Source of the DNA: Anaerolineae bacterium
GTDB lineage: Bacteria; Chloroflexota; Anaerolineae; S140-20
DNA: 64,000 bases
NCBI GenBank assembly: GCA_027021705.1
Contig: JALUTT010000073.1
Span: 29,535 to 93,534 of the forward strand
Direction: 5' to 3'
Shown: positions 8,655 to 17,887 of the stretch, in pieces
Position numbering within the stretch: the first letter of the stretch is position 1
Layout of the letters: each line of letters begins with the position of its first letter
The notes under the pieces: model-generated
Told to the model about the DNA's origin: nothing
What the model saw: only the letters and a program-made list of their open reading frames with translations
Databases searched by the model: none
Program-made: the position numbers and the translations under genes

Positions 8655-8690
8655 AAAACGCGCCCCCGCGCAACCCATGACGCGGGGGCT
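8655..8690 (-). terminator. Candidate rho-independent terminator for the 8750-9535 gene
   Basis: On the minus strand, GCCCCCGCG ... CGCGGGGGC hairpin followed by GCGTTTTC, about 60 nt past the stop. Confidence 0.45.
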
Positions 8691-8749
8691 GTAGTTCTCG
8701 GTGCCTTCGCACCGCTCCAGGAACTTTTCCTGCTGTCCTCTCTCTGGGA

Positions 8750-9535
8750 CTACGGTGTCCATCGTTCAGAGGAGGTTTGATCGTTCATCACTCCCATAGT
8801 CGCACAGCTGCCACCGCAGTCAAGCACTGCTCCCGTCCAATTCGTATGTTCGTAGTGATAGTAGTGATTGCACCCCGCGTAGGAGCGGGCCGAGGAGACC
8901 TCGTCATTCCACCCTGGGGGCATTCCCGGGGACCCGTAAGTCGAACCATCGCTACAGCCGGCGGTGTGGGGCGTTTCCCACACCAGGGATTGTCCCCTGA
9001 AGTTTGAGTCCCAGTAGTCAATCCCAATAACGATGTTGCTCTGAGCTGGTGCGAGCATTTCAGGGGTCACCTCGTCGGGGCCGATGTCGGGGGGCAACCG
9101 TACCGCCCCTCGAGTCGCTGCTGAAATGGCCTCGGAGAATGTGGCGAAGCACCCCACCGGCCGCACTTGTGAAGCGGACTCACCCGGTCTGATGGGATCG
9201 ATCTCGAGCACACAGTGCCGATCTGCCGGGCTTTCCTCAAGATCAGCGTCAAGGCCGGGCAGAGGCTGTGGCGTGGGAAGGGCATTAGCAGGGGAAGGTT
9301 GGAACGTACCAGGATCGAGGCCAATTGATCGGATTGCCTGCTCGAAGCTGCCAAAGCAGATGGGTTCAGACACCTCGGACGCCTCCTGGCCAGGCTGAAT
9401 GGGAGCAATCTGCACGACACAGGAGGGCTGTTCTTCGGGCAGGCTTGCGTTGGCCGGCACTCCGTTCAAGCCGATCCCCAGAACCCCTCCGGCCAAGAGC
9501 AAAGCTGCTAAGGCGAACCAGACCATCTTCCACAT
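8750..9535 (-). CDS. Secreted Cys-containing protein with internal ~50-aa tandem duplication
   Basis: Signal peptide MWKMVWFALAALLLAGGVLGIGLNGVPANA. Two repeats: C-[VL]-[VL]-x-I-x-PI-x-PG-x-x-AS-x-V...P[IV]-[CG]-CF-x-x-F-[SE]-[QE]-AI. C-terminal CNHYYHYEHTNWTGAVLDCGGSC. No recognised family. Confidence 0.65.
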   Translation of the reverse strand: MWKMVWFALAALLLAGGVLGIGLNGVPANASLPEEQPSCVVQIAPIQPGQEASEVSEPICFGSFEQAIRSIGLDPGTFQPSPANALPTPQPLPGLDADLEESPADRHCVLEIDPIRPGESASQVRPVGCFATFSEAISAATRGAVRLPPDIGPDEVTPEMLAPAQSNIVIGIDYWDSNFRGQSLVWETPHTAGCSDGSTYGSPGMPPGWNDEVSSARSYAGCNHYYHYEHTNWTGAVLDCGGSCATMGVMNDQTSSERWTP

Positions 9536-9745
9536 CTTACACCTCCTGAAGCCAAGGTTATCGGGCTGCCCAACTATCCCTAGTGTACCATAGTCGGTGT
9601 TAAATCCTTGTTAAGTCGTGGGGGATCCGCTTGTGGATTAGCATCTCGCCGGCCTTCAGTCGGGTTGAACTACCCGGCAGAGGCTTGAGATGCTTGGAGC
9701 GATCGGTCGTTCACCTTGGCCTGAACTGCGGAATGAGGGGGGGAA

Positions 9746-10954
9746 CTACAGGGGCAAATACACGCTGAAGGTGCTGCCTACTCCGGGGGTGCTTTCGACC
9801 TGGATACGGCCACCGTGCAATTGGACAATGTGCGCCGTGATGGACAAGCCCAGCCCGGCACCACCTCGGTGCCGGGCGCGTGATTGGTCAACCCGGTAGA
9901 AGCGGTCAAAGATGCGAGACTGCTCTTCCGGGGGGATCCCGATGCCGGTGTCTCTGACGCTTATGACCGCCCAATCTGCCTCACGGGAAACCGTAATCGT
10001 CACGGAACCATCCGGACGGTTGTATCGAATCCCGTTCTCGACCAAATTGCTGATTGCTCGAACCAGCAGCGGAACATCCGCCGACAGCACTACGTCGTCA
10101 GCGACCTCGAGGGCCAGGGACACCCGGTGGTCCCGGGCCAGAGGTTCGAGCTCGTGCACTACCTCGGTTAGGAGGACCTCCAGGTTGATGGCCTCCGTTT
10201 GAATTTCCTGCTCCCCTTTTGCTAGGAGCAGGAGAGCGTCCACCAATGCCTCTAGCCTGTCCAATGCCCGTTCGAATGCGATGACCATCTCCCGATAGTC
10301 GGCCAACGTCGCATTGGGATCTTGCCGGATCACTTCCAGGTTTGTGCGAAGGACGGCCAAGGGGGTGCGTAACTCGTGAGATGCATCGGCCACAAATCGG
10401 CTCTGTTGCTCGAAGGCCCGCTCCAGGCGCTCCAACATGTCGTCGAAGGCATCGGCCAGTGCCTTGACCTCATCTTGAGGCCCATCTATGGACAATCGGC
10501 GGTGCAGAGAGTCTACCTGGATCTCTTGGACCAAGCTGGTAAGGCGGCGCACCGGTTGTAGTGCCCGTTGGGCGATCCAGTAAGCCCCCCAAGCTCCTAG
10601 CAGTGTGAAAATTCCCACGCTAATCAATGAGATGATGCGCACTTCGTGGATAGCGATCTCTTGAACCTGTCCTAGAACTAAGGGGGGTGCCGCGCCGGGG
10701 GAGGAGGCCCCTGGCTGGGATGATAATGGGGTTGGTGAAGCCATCAAGGGCAATGGTTCAGAGGAAGGGTATTGGGTCGGCAGGAGGACCTCTCTAATGG
10801 CCTGCGGCACCCTGATGCTCGCTAGGCCGCTGAGGAGCACGATTAGGCCAAAACCGAGGGCCAGGAACAGGCCGGCCGTCCAGAGCGTCAATCGCCAACG
10901 CAGGGTGAGGGATCGGGTGAAGCGGAGATGCCAGGCCCGCAGGAATCGCTTCAT
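9746..10954 (-). CDS. Sensor histidine kinase (TM-HAMP-HisKA-HATPase_c)
   Basis: H-box SHELRTPL, N-box NLVENGIRYN, G-boxes RDTGIGIP and GGAGLGLSI. Two N-terminal TM segments. Confidence 0.85.
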   Translation of the reverse strand: MKRFLRAWHLRFTRSLTLRWRLTLWTAGLFLALGFGLIVLLSGLASIRVPQAIREVLLPTQYPSSEPLPLMASPTPLSSQPGASSPGAAPPLVLGQVQEIAIHEVRIISLISVGIFTLLGAWGAYWIAQRALQPVRRLTSLVQEIQVDSLHRRLSIDGPQDEVKALADAFDDMLERLERAFEQQSRFVADASHELRTPLAVLRTNLEVIRQDPNATLADYREMVIAFERALDRLEALVDALLLLAKGEQEIQTEAINLEVLLTEVVHELEPLARDHRVSLALEVADDVVLSADVPLLVRAISNLVENGIRYNRPDGSVTITVSREADWAVISVRDTGIGIPPEEQSRIFDRFYRVDQSRARHRGGAGLGLSITAHIVQLHGGRIQVESTPGVGSTFSVYLPL

Positions 10955-11640
10955 CCGCCTTCTTCCTCCGGCGGGAGCAGTCGGTACCCCTGGCCTGCGA
11001 CGGTCTCGATGTACCGAGGGTGTTCCGCCCTGTCATCCAGCTTGCGACGCAAGGAGTGGATGTGGACCCGAACGCTGCCGGTGAACAGGTCAACATCCTC
11101 TCCCCAGACGTGCTCGATCAGTTCCTCCTGGCTGATGACCTCGCCAGGGTGACGCATAAGGTAGTGCAAGATCCCGAATTCCTTGCGGGTGAGCTTCAGC
11201 CGCCGCGTCCCCTGCCAGGCCGTTCGACTGGCCGGATCGAGTTTCAGATCACCGACGCACAAAATCGGCTCCCGCACTCTGAGATCACGCCTCAACAGTG
11301 CCCGGATGCGTGCCGCCAGTTCCTCGAAGTGGAAAGGCTTGACCAGGTAATCGTCGGCACCCAGATCGAGTCCGGTGACTTTGTCTTCGAGCCGGCTACG
11401 GGCCGTCAGCATCAGGATGAGCAGTTTGGGTTTGCTGGCCCGCAGACGCCTGCACACTTCCAAGCCGTCCATTCCTGGCAAGTTGAGGTCCAGGATCACC
11501 AAGTCGTAGTCGTTGATCTCGCCCATCGCCCAGCCTTGCTCACCGTCTACAGCGATGTCCACCACGTAGCCCTGCTGGGACAGTCCACGAGCCAGGGCGT
11601 TGGCCAAGTCGAGTTCGTCTTCTACGAGCAGAATTCTCAT
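10951..11640 (-). CDS. OmpR-family response regulator (REC + winged helix)
   Basis: MRILLVEDELDLA...DLVILDLNLPGMDG. C-terminal winged-helix motif RVHIHSLRRKL...YIETVAGQGYRL. 4-nt overlap with the kinase gene. Confidence 0.9.
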   Translation of the reverse strand: MRILLVEDELDLANALARGLSQQGYVVDIAVDGEQGWAMGEINDYDLVILDLNLPGMDGLEVCRRLRASKPKLLILMLTARSRLEDKVTGLDLGADDYLVKPFHFEELAARIRALLRRDLRVREPILCVGDLKLDPASRTAWQGTRRLKLTRKEFGILHYLMRHPGEVISQEELIEHVWGEDVDLFTGSVRVHIHSLRRKLDDRAEHPRYIETVAGQGYRLLPPEEEGG

Positions 11641-12269
11641 TCCACCCTTTCAAGGGCTGAGGGGAAGACCTGAGCCACGGGAACCCGGAAGCCGGTCACG
11701 ACTTGGGAGCGGACGATCTCCCCCAGACCGTACCGGCCGGCCAGCCGGTAGGCCTCTCCCTCCAACACGTAGACCTCAATGGTCCGAGCATCGGGGTCCA
11801 CGATCCAGTACTCGGCCACCCTACCTTCCTGGTAAGCCCGCATCTTCTCCCGGCGGTCATAGAGCCAATTGCCGGGGGGAAGGATCTCGATGATCAGGTC
11901 AGGTGCGCCCTCCACATACTGCTCCCCGAGGATCTTCAGCCGCTCAGCCCGGATGAAGAGGATGTCCGGCTGGAAGGGAACCGGCTGGGAGGGCAGACGG
12001 ACGCCCGTCGGCGCGAAGAGCACCTCTCCCTTCAGAGGGGGCGGATCGTCCCGCAGGAAGGCGGTGAGCGCCTCTACGAGGCGGGCAGCGATGCGTTGGT
12101 GCAGGGTGCTGGGCGGCGGGGCCATATAGAGCACTCCGTCAATCACCTCATAGCGATAGCCGTCGTCAGGAAGCCGCAACCAGTCCTCATAGGTCCATTG
12201 ACCTTGAGGCGGGGGCCAGGCCCGTTCGGAAATCCTTGCCTCCTCCTGAGCCGTTGAAGCCTTTCCCAT
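11637..12269 (-). CDS. Uma2-family (DUF820) PD-(D/E)XK endonuclease
   Basis: YEVIDGVLYMAPPPSTLHQRIAARL...QPDILFIRAERLKILGEQYVEGAPDLIIEILPPGN...REKMRAYQEGRVAEYWIVDP. Its stop overlaps the response-regulator start by 4 nt (ATGA). Confidence 0.75.
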   Translation of the reverse strand: MGKASTAQEEARISERAWPPPQGQWTYEDWLRLPDDGYRYEVIDGVLYMAPPPSTLHQRIAARLVEALTAFLRDDPPPLKGEVLFAPTGVRLPSQPVPFQPDILFIRAERLKILGEQYVEGAPDLIIEILPPGNWLYDRREKMRAYQEGRVAEYWIVDPDARTIEVYVLEGEAYRLAGRYGLGEIVRSQVVTGFRVPVAQVFPSALERVE

Positions 12270-12374
12270 AGCACTCGCCTCTCGTCAGGCACGGGGACGA
12301 GTACAGAGGTCCAGCGGTAAGTCCCTGCCTCAATTGTACTTGCCCCTTTCAAGGGCGTCAAGGCCCCGTCGCCC

Positions 12375-12526
12375 TGTGATTACCCATATCTTTGGAGATA
12401 GGGAGACGAGCCGTCCACGAATGGGACACGAATACACGAATTAAGGACCGCCTCATTCGTGCATTGGTGAGAAATTCGTGGACGGCCTGCTACGGACCAC
12501 TCTCTCGCTCACTTGTGGGTAATCAC
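12375..12526. mobile_element. MITE-like palindromic element A, copy 1 (152 bp; TIR GTGATTACCCA / TGGGTAATCAC)
   Basis: Terminal inverted repeats plus internal inverted repeats (GCCGTCCACGAAT / ATTCGTGGACGGC) and a CACGAAT x3 core. Flanked by a 13-15-bp direct repeat, GCCCCGTCGCCCT(G), at 12363-12376 and 12528-12541, consistent with a target-site duplication. Confidence 0.7.
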
Positions 12527-12550
12527 CGCCCCGTCGCCCTGTCCTACTGC

Positions 12551-13840
12551 CTACCGGACAATGGTCTGCTCCCGGCCCGGGCCGACGCCGATGAGCCGGA
12601 CGGGGACGCCGGTGAGGGCTTCGACCCGCTCGACGTAGCGGCGGGCGGCAGGGGGCAACGCCTCCCAACGCCGGGCCGTCGTCAGGTCCTCCGACCAGCC
12701 GGGTAGCTCCTCGTAGATGGGGCGACAGCGAGCCAGCACGTCGGCCTCGGTGGGGAAATGCTCCAGCCGCTCGCCCCGGTAGTCGTAGGCCACGGCGATC
12801 TTGACCGTCTCGAAGCCGCTCAAGATGTCCAGCTTGGTCAGCGCCAGGCCGGTCAGTCCGTTGACCCGGGCCGCGTAGCGCAGGATCACCGCGTCCAGCC
12901 ACCCGCAGCGGCGGGGCCGGCCCGTCGTCGTGCCGTACTCGTCCCAGGGATTCGCCCCCGTCCCCCGCAGCCGGTCCCCCAACTCGTCCGTCAGTTCGGT
13001 GGGGAAGGGGCCGGCCCCCACCCGGGTGGTGTAGGCTTTGGCGACGCCGATCACCTCTTCGACGTAGCGGGGGCCGAAGCCCAGGCTGGTCAGCGCCCCG
13101 CCGACGGTGGCCGAGGAGCTGGTGACATAAGGATAGGTGCCGTGATCCAGGTCCAGGAGCGTGCCCTGAGCCCCCTCGCACAGGAGGCGTTGCCCGCCGG
13201 CCAGCCGCTCGTTGATGAGCAGGGAGACGTCGGCCAGGTAGGGGGCCAGACGGCGGGCGTAGTCGTGGAACTGGGCGGCGATGGCTTCGGCATCCAGGGC
13301 CGGCTGGCCGTAGACGCCGGTGAGGATGGCGTTCTTGGCCTTCACCGCCTCGTAGACGCGGTCGGCAAACCGCTCCGGGTCCTGCATCATCCCGGCCCGG
13401 AGGCCGGCCCGGGCCGCCTTGTCGGCGTAGGCCGGTCCGATCCCCCGCCGGGTGGTGCCGAGGGCCTTCTTGCCCCGCTGCAACTCCATCGCGCCGTCCA
13501 GGGCGATGTGGTAGGGCAGGATGAGGTGAGCGCCGACGCTGAGCTTCAGCCGGCTGGGGCTGGCGTCCACGCCGCGCTCGGTCAGCCCGTCAATCTCGGC
13601 GATCAGGCGGGCCGGGTTCACGACCATCCCCGCCCCCAGGACGCAAAGGGTGTCAGGGTAGAGGATGCCGGAGGGGATCAAGTGGAGGGCGAAGCGCTCC
13701 CCGCCGACGGTGACGGTGTGGCCGGCGTTGTCGCCGCCGGCGTAGCGGGCCACAATGTCCGCCTGGGCGGCCAGCCAGTCCACCACCCGTCCCTTCCCCT
13801 CATCTCCCCACTGAGTTCCCACCACAATCGTCGCGGTCAT
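12551..13840 (-). CDS. purA: Adenylosuccinate synthetase
   Basis: MTATIVVGTQWGDEGKGRVVDWLA (P-loop), GGDNAGHTV, conserved along the whole length. Start chosen at MTAT (13840) rather than the ORF-track extension. Confidence 0.9.
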   Translation of the reverse strand: MTATIVVGTQWGDEGKGRVVDWLAAQADIVARYAGGDNAGHTVTVGGERFALHLIPSGILYPDTLCVLGAGMVVNPARLIAEIDGLTERGVDASPSRLKLSVGAHLILPYHIALDGAMELQRGKKALGTTRRGIGPAYADKAARAGLRAGMMQDPERFADRVYEAVKAKNAILTGVYGQPALDAEAIAAQFHDYARRLAPYLADVSLLINERLAGGQRLLCEGAQGTLLDLDHGTYPYVTSSSATVGGALTSLGFGPRYVEEVIGVAKAYTTRVGAGPFPTELTDELGDRLRGTGANPWDEYGTTTGRPRRCGWLDAVILRYAARVNGLTGLALTKLDILSGFETVKIAVAYDYRGERLEHFPTEADVLARCRPIYEELPGWSEDLTTARRWEALPPAARRYVERVEALTGVPVRLIGVGPGREQTIVR

Positions 13841-13856
13841 TCTCCTCCCTCCTTCC

Positions 13857-13929
13857 TCCTCACGTATCACGCATCACGCATCACGCATCACGCATCACGC
13901 CTCACGCCTCACGCACCACGCACCACCCC
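13857..13929. repeat. Heptanucleotide tandem array A, (NTCACGY)x~10
   Basis: ctcacgt atcacgc x4 ctcacgc x2 accacgc accacc, directly upstream of the purA start. Same unit as the arrays at 43804-43908 (inverted) and 44371-44497. Confidence 0.8.
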
Positions 13930-13966
13930 AGCACCGCATAGCAGACTGCGGACTCTGGACCGAGCT

Positions 13967-15148
13967 TCACGCCAACATCTCCACCGCCAGCGCTGCGTAG
14001 ACCGACGCCGCCTTGAAGAGGTCTTCCAGCCGGAGCTGTTCGTCGGCGGTGTGAGCGTAGCGCTCCTCTCCCGGCCCAAACCCAACGGTGGGGATGCCGG
14101 CCACGCCCATCGTGTAGGCTCCGTCGGTGGAGAAGGCCCATTGGCCGATGGTGGGACGGTAGCCCAGCGTGTTGCGGATTGTCCGCGCTAACGTTTTGAT
14201 CAGCGGGTGGCCCTCCTCCAGCGCCCAGGCCGGATAGTAGGCCCGCTGCCGGGCTTCGTAGCCGGTGTAGCTGGTGGCCCGGTACTCGGTGACCTCGACC
14301 TCGGCCCGCACCCCCTCCCGCAGGATGATCCCCTGGACCTCGGAGAGGGCCTTGGCCTCCGTCTCGCCCAGGGTCAGCCGGCGGTCAATGATGAAGCTGG
14401 CCCGGTCCGGGATGGCGTTGCGGCTGCTGGCGCTGCTCTCTACGTGGGTCACCGCCAGCGTCCCCCGGCCCAGGAAGGGGTCGTAGCCCAGCTTATCCGC
14501 CAGCAACTCCAGGCCGAAGATGAGACGGGCGGCAGCGTAGATGGCGTTCTCCCCCAGGTCGGGGTTCGAGGCGTGGCAGGAGCGCCCGTGGGTCGTCACC
14601 TGCATCTCCAGCCGGCCCCGGTGGCCCCGGCTGATCTGCAGGTTGGTGGCCTCGCCCAGCACCACCCAGTCGGGCCGCAGCCCTTCCTCCTCGATCAGGA
14701 CCTGCATCGCCAGCCCCTCGCAGGGCTCCTCCTGGACCACGCAGGCGACGACCAGGTCGCCCTTCAGCCGGACGCGGGCCTCGGCCAGCATCTTCACGCC
14801 GTAGATCATCGCCGCGATCGCGCCCTTCATGTCGGCCACGCCTCGCCCGTAGATGATCCCGTCTTCGACCTCGCCGCCGTAGGGGTCCCGTTGCCAGGCC
14901 TCGGGGTCCGAGATGCCCACCGTGTCCATATGGCCGTTGTAGAGCAAGATGGGGCCGCGGCCGCTGCCGTAGCGCCCGATGACGTTGCCGATCCGGTCGG
15001 TGAAGACCTCTCGAAAGCCGACCCGCCGCATCGCCGCCGCAATGCGGATGGCGACGGCCTCCTCCTGGGTGGACGGGCTGGGCGTGCGGATCAGGTCCTG
15101 CAGGAACTCGACCAACTCCTCGCGATCTGAGCGCGATAGGGTGAACAT
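13967..15148 (-). CDS. M20-family metallopeptidase (ArgE/DapE/ACY1-like deacylase)
   Basis: LLYNGHMDTVG, GRGVADMKGAIAAM, dimerisation domain. Start at MFTLSR (15148); the ORF-track 5' extension to 15895 is noncoding/overlapping. Confidence 0.8.
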   Translation of the reverse strand: MFTLSRSDREELVEFLQDLIRTPSPSTQEEAVAIRIAAAMRRVGFREVFTDRIGNVIGRYGSGRGPILLYNGHMDTVGISDPEAWQRDPYGGEVEDGIIYGRGVADMKGAIAAMIYGVKMLAEARVRLKGDLVVACVVQEEPCEGLAMQVLIEEEGLRPDWVVLGEATNLQISRGHRGRLEMQVTTHGRSCHASNPDLGENAIYAAARLIFGLELLADKLGYDPFLGRGTLAVTHVESSASSRNAIPDRASFIIDRRLTLGETEAKALSEVQGIILREGVRAEVEVTEYRATSYTGYEARQRAYYPAWALEEGHPLIKTLARTIRNTLGYRPTIGQWAFSTDGAYTMGVAGIPTVGFGPGEERYAHTADEQLRLEDLFKAASVYAALAVEMLA

Positions 15149-15168
15149 AGCGTGGCCTCCGATGTACG

Positions 15169-16599
15169 CTAGTAGGCTCCGTCCCCGGTCAGGATCTTGG
15201 GAATGGTGCGCAGCAGGATCTTGAAATCCAGGACCGGGGACCAGTGTTCGATGTAGTAGATGTCCAGCAAGCACATCTCGTCGAAGGTCAGCTCGCTGCG
15301 GCCACTGACCTGCCAGAGGCCGGTGATGCCGGGACGGACCTCCAGACGGCGTTTGTGCCATTCCTGATACTGGCGGACCTCTTCGGGCAGCGGGGGGCGC
15401 GGTCCGACCAGGCTCATCTCCCCCCGCAGGACGTTGAAGAGCTGGGGGAGTTCGTCCAGGCTGGTGCGCCGCAGCCACCGCCCCACCCGCGTCCGCCGGG
15501 GATCGTCTCGGATCTTGAAGAGGGGGCCATCGGCCTCGTTCAGGGCGGCCAACCGTCGGCGCTCCGCTTCGGCACCGATGTGCATTGAGCGGAACTTGTA
15601 GATGACGAAGTGCCGACCGTTTTTGCCCACCCGCACCTGGCGGAAGAGGGCCGGCCCCGGGGAGTCCAGGCGGATCAACAGGGCGATGAGCCCCATCAGG
15701 GGGGAGAGCACCAGGAGGGCCAGGGCAGCCAGGGCGATGTCCATCGCCCGCTTGAAGCGCTCCTGCCAACGACCGATGAGCGGCTCTCGCACCCCGATGA
15801 GGGGGATCCCGCCCAGGTCGTCCACGTCCACCTGGCTGAGGCTCATCTGGAAGAGGTCGGGGACGATGCGGGCCCGCACCTGCTTCCGCTCGCACTCCCG
15901 GACGATGTTCATGATCTTGCGGTGATACATCCAGGGCAGGGTGATGATCACCACGTCCACCTTTTCGCCTTCGATCACCCGCGCCAGGTTCTCCAGGTCG
16001 CCCAACCCCCGGAAGCGGCCGATGTTCTTCCGGCCCCGCTCGGGGTTGTCGTCCACGAAGCCCACGACCTGGTAGCCCAGCTCCGGGCGGGCGACCAGGG
16101 TGCGCATCACGGCCCGGCCCACCTCGCCGGCCCCGACGATGACCACCCGCTCGGTGCCGATCCCCCGTTTGCGCAGCCGGGCCTCGATCTCCCCCCGAAC
16201 GAAGCGGCTGGCCCCCAGCAGAAGGATGATGAGGGCGCCGGCCTCCAGGAACATCAGCCCGGAGTAGTAGAGGGGGCGGGTGGCGAAGACGACGGCGAAG
16301 AGGATGATGATCGCCTTGGCCGTGCTGTTGACAATGGCGTACATCTGGTCGAACCAGGAGACGCCTCGGGGGCCGTTGTAGACCCCATCCAGCTTGAAGG
16401 TGATCAGCAGCAGGAGCGTCAGGCCGGCGGCGAAAGGGATGTAGACGGAGAAGGGCGCGTCGTAGCTGACCTCGCGGAAGAGGCGCAGCCGGTAGCGCAT
16501 CCAGTAGGCCAGGACGAAGGCCCCGTTGATCAGGATGACGTCCGTGATCACCGTGAGCCAGAGGATCCGGCGACGAAACCGCTGGGCCATCTTACCCAT
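15169..16599 (-). CDS. Polyprenyl glycosylphosphotransferase (WbaP/CpsE-type bacterial sugar transferase)
   Basis: N-terminal TM helices, Rossmann-like NAD-binding-type region ([11 protein letters not shown]). C-terminal sugar-transferase signature [42 protein letters not shown]...[21 protein letters not shown]. Confidence 0.8.
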   Translation of the reverse strand: MGKMAQRFRRRILWLTVITDVILINGAFVLAYWMRYRLRLFREVSYDAPFSVYIPFAAGLTLLLLITFKLDGVYNGPRGVSWFDQMYAIVNSTAKAIIILFAVVFATRPLYYSGLMFLEAGALIILLLGASRFVRGEIEARLRKRGIGTERVVIVGAGEVGRAVMRTLVARPELGYQVVGFVDDNPERGRKNIGRFRGLGDLENLARVIEGEKVDVVIITLPWMYHRKIMNIVRECERKQVRARIVPDLFQMSLSQVDVDDLGGIPLIGVREPLIGRWQERFKRAMDIALAALALLVLSPLMGLIALLIRLDSPGPALFRQVRVGKNGRHFVIYKFRSMHIGAEAERRRLAALNEADGPLFKIRDDPRRTRVGRWLRRTSLDELPQLFNVLRGEMSLVGPRPPLPEEVRQYQEWHKRRLEVRPGITGLWQVSGRSELTFDEMCLLDIYYIEHWSPVLDFKILLRTIPKILTGDGAY

Positions 16600-17761
16600 C
16601 CTGCAACGCTCGCCGATAGGCCACGACGGTCTGGGAGGCCGTCTGGGCCCAGGTGAAGCGGGCGGCCTGCGCCTGACCCCGCTCTCGCAGGTGGAGGCGC
16701 AGGGCCTCGTCCTTCAGCAGCCGCGCCATCGCCCCCGCCAGCCCCTCCACGTCATCGGGGGGCACGAGGAGGCCGGCCTCGCCCACCACCTCCGGCAGGG
16801 CGCTGCTGCGGGCAGCGATCACCGGGGTGCCACAGGCCATCGCCTCCAGCAGGGGCATGCCGAACCCCTCGTAGAGGGAAGGGTAGACGAAGAAAGTGGC
16901 GGCGCTGTACCAGAGGGGCAACTCCTCGTCGGGCACGAAGCCGGGAAAGCGCACCCGGTCGGAGAGCCCCAGGGCCCGCGCCTGGGCGAAGAGGGGGTCG
17001 TAGTACCAACCCTTCCCACCGGCGATGACCAGCGTGACCTCCTCCTCTGGGTGCTGCTCTCGGAGCCGGGCGAAGGCCCGGAGCAGGGTGGGCAGGTTCT
17101 TGCGGGGCTCCAGCGTGCCCACGAAGAGGATGAAGCGGTCGGGAAGCCCTCTGGCCTGGCGGAAGGCGGCCACCTGGGCCGGCGGGTAGGGGTGGAAGCG
17201 GGTGTGGTCCACGCCGTGGACCACGACATCCACCCGTTCTTCAGGAAAGCCGAGCAGGCGCACCACCTCCGTTCGGGTGTAGTGGGATACGGCGATGATC
17301 CGGCGGGCGCGACGGGCCGAGAGCCGAGTCATCCAGGTCAGGTAGAGCCGGTTGGCCGGGCGGAATCGCTCCGGGAAGCGCAAGAAGCTCAGGTCGTGCA
17401 CCGTCACCACCGTGGGACAGGGACTCCAGAGGGGCGCGACGAAGGCCAGGGCGTGCAACAGATCCACCCTGGCCTGGCGTAGCGCCCACGGTTGCGCCAC
17501 CTGCTCCCATAGGATGCGGACCAGAGGGCGCTCGGTGGGCCAGCGGGTCGCGCGAACGGTCAGGGTGGCCTGCCGACCTGGTCCGCCAGACGGGACAGGC
17601 CGCCCGCGACCGGTGAAGACGGTGTAACGGAAGGTCGGGTCGGCCTGGGGAAGGTGATGCAGCAGATGGTAGATGTAACCGTGAATCCCTGCGCTGCGGT
17701 AGCCGGCCTGGCCGGACAGCAGTTGAGCATTGAGACCCACGTGGCCGCGCATACCCGGCAT
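16592..17761 (-). CDS. Glycosyltransferase family 4 (GT-B)
   Basis: GT4 C-terminal motif YSAATFFVYPSLYEGFGMPLLEAMACGTPVIA; overlaps the downstream sugar-transferase gene by 8 nt. Confidence 0.75.
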   Translation of the reverse strand: MPGMRGHVGLNAQLLSGQAGYRSAGIHGYIYHLLHHLPQADPTFRYTVFTGRGRPVPSGGPGRQATLTVRATRWPTERPLVRILWEQVAQPWALRQARVDLLHALAFVAPLWSPCPTVVTVHDLSFLRFPERFRPANRLYLTWMTRLSARRARRIIAVSHYTRTEVVRLLGFPEERVDVVVHGVDHTRFHPYPPAQVAAFRQARGLPDRFILFVGTLEPRKNLPTLLRAFARLREQHPEEEVTLVIAGGKGWYYDPLFAQARALGLSDRVRFPGFVPDEELPLWYSAATFFVYPSLYEGFGMPLLEAMACGTPVIAARSSALPEVVGEAGLLVPPDDVEGLAGAMARLLKDEALRLHLRERGQAQAARFTWAQTASQTVVAYRRALQDG

Positions 17762-17821
17762 TATACCACCTTTTGCCCGATTCTGCGAGATGAGCAGGCC
17801 CTGTCGGACAACACGAAGCGA

Positions 17822-17845
17822 GGCCGGGGGCAGACTCCCCCGGCC
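17822..17845 (-). terminator. GC hairpin (GGCCGGGGG-cagact-CCCCCGGCC) downstream of the beta-helix gene
   Basis: Perfect 9-bp inverted repeat 43 nt past the stop at 17888. Weak U-tract, so tentative. Confidence 0.3.
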
Positions 17846-17887
17846 TCGTCTTCCCGCTTCCTCGCCCAGGTTGGCGAAGCAGCGTCC

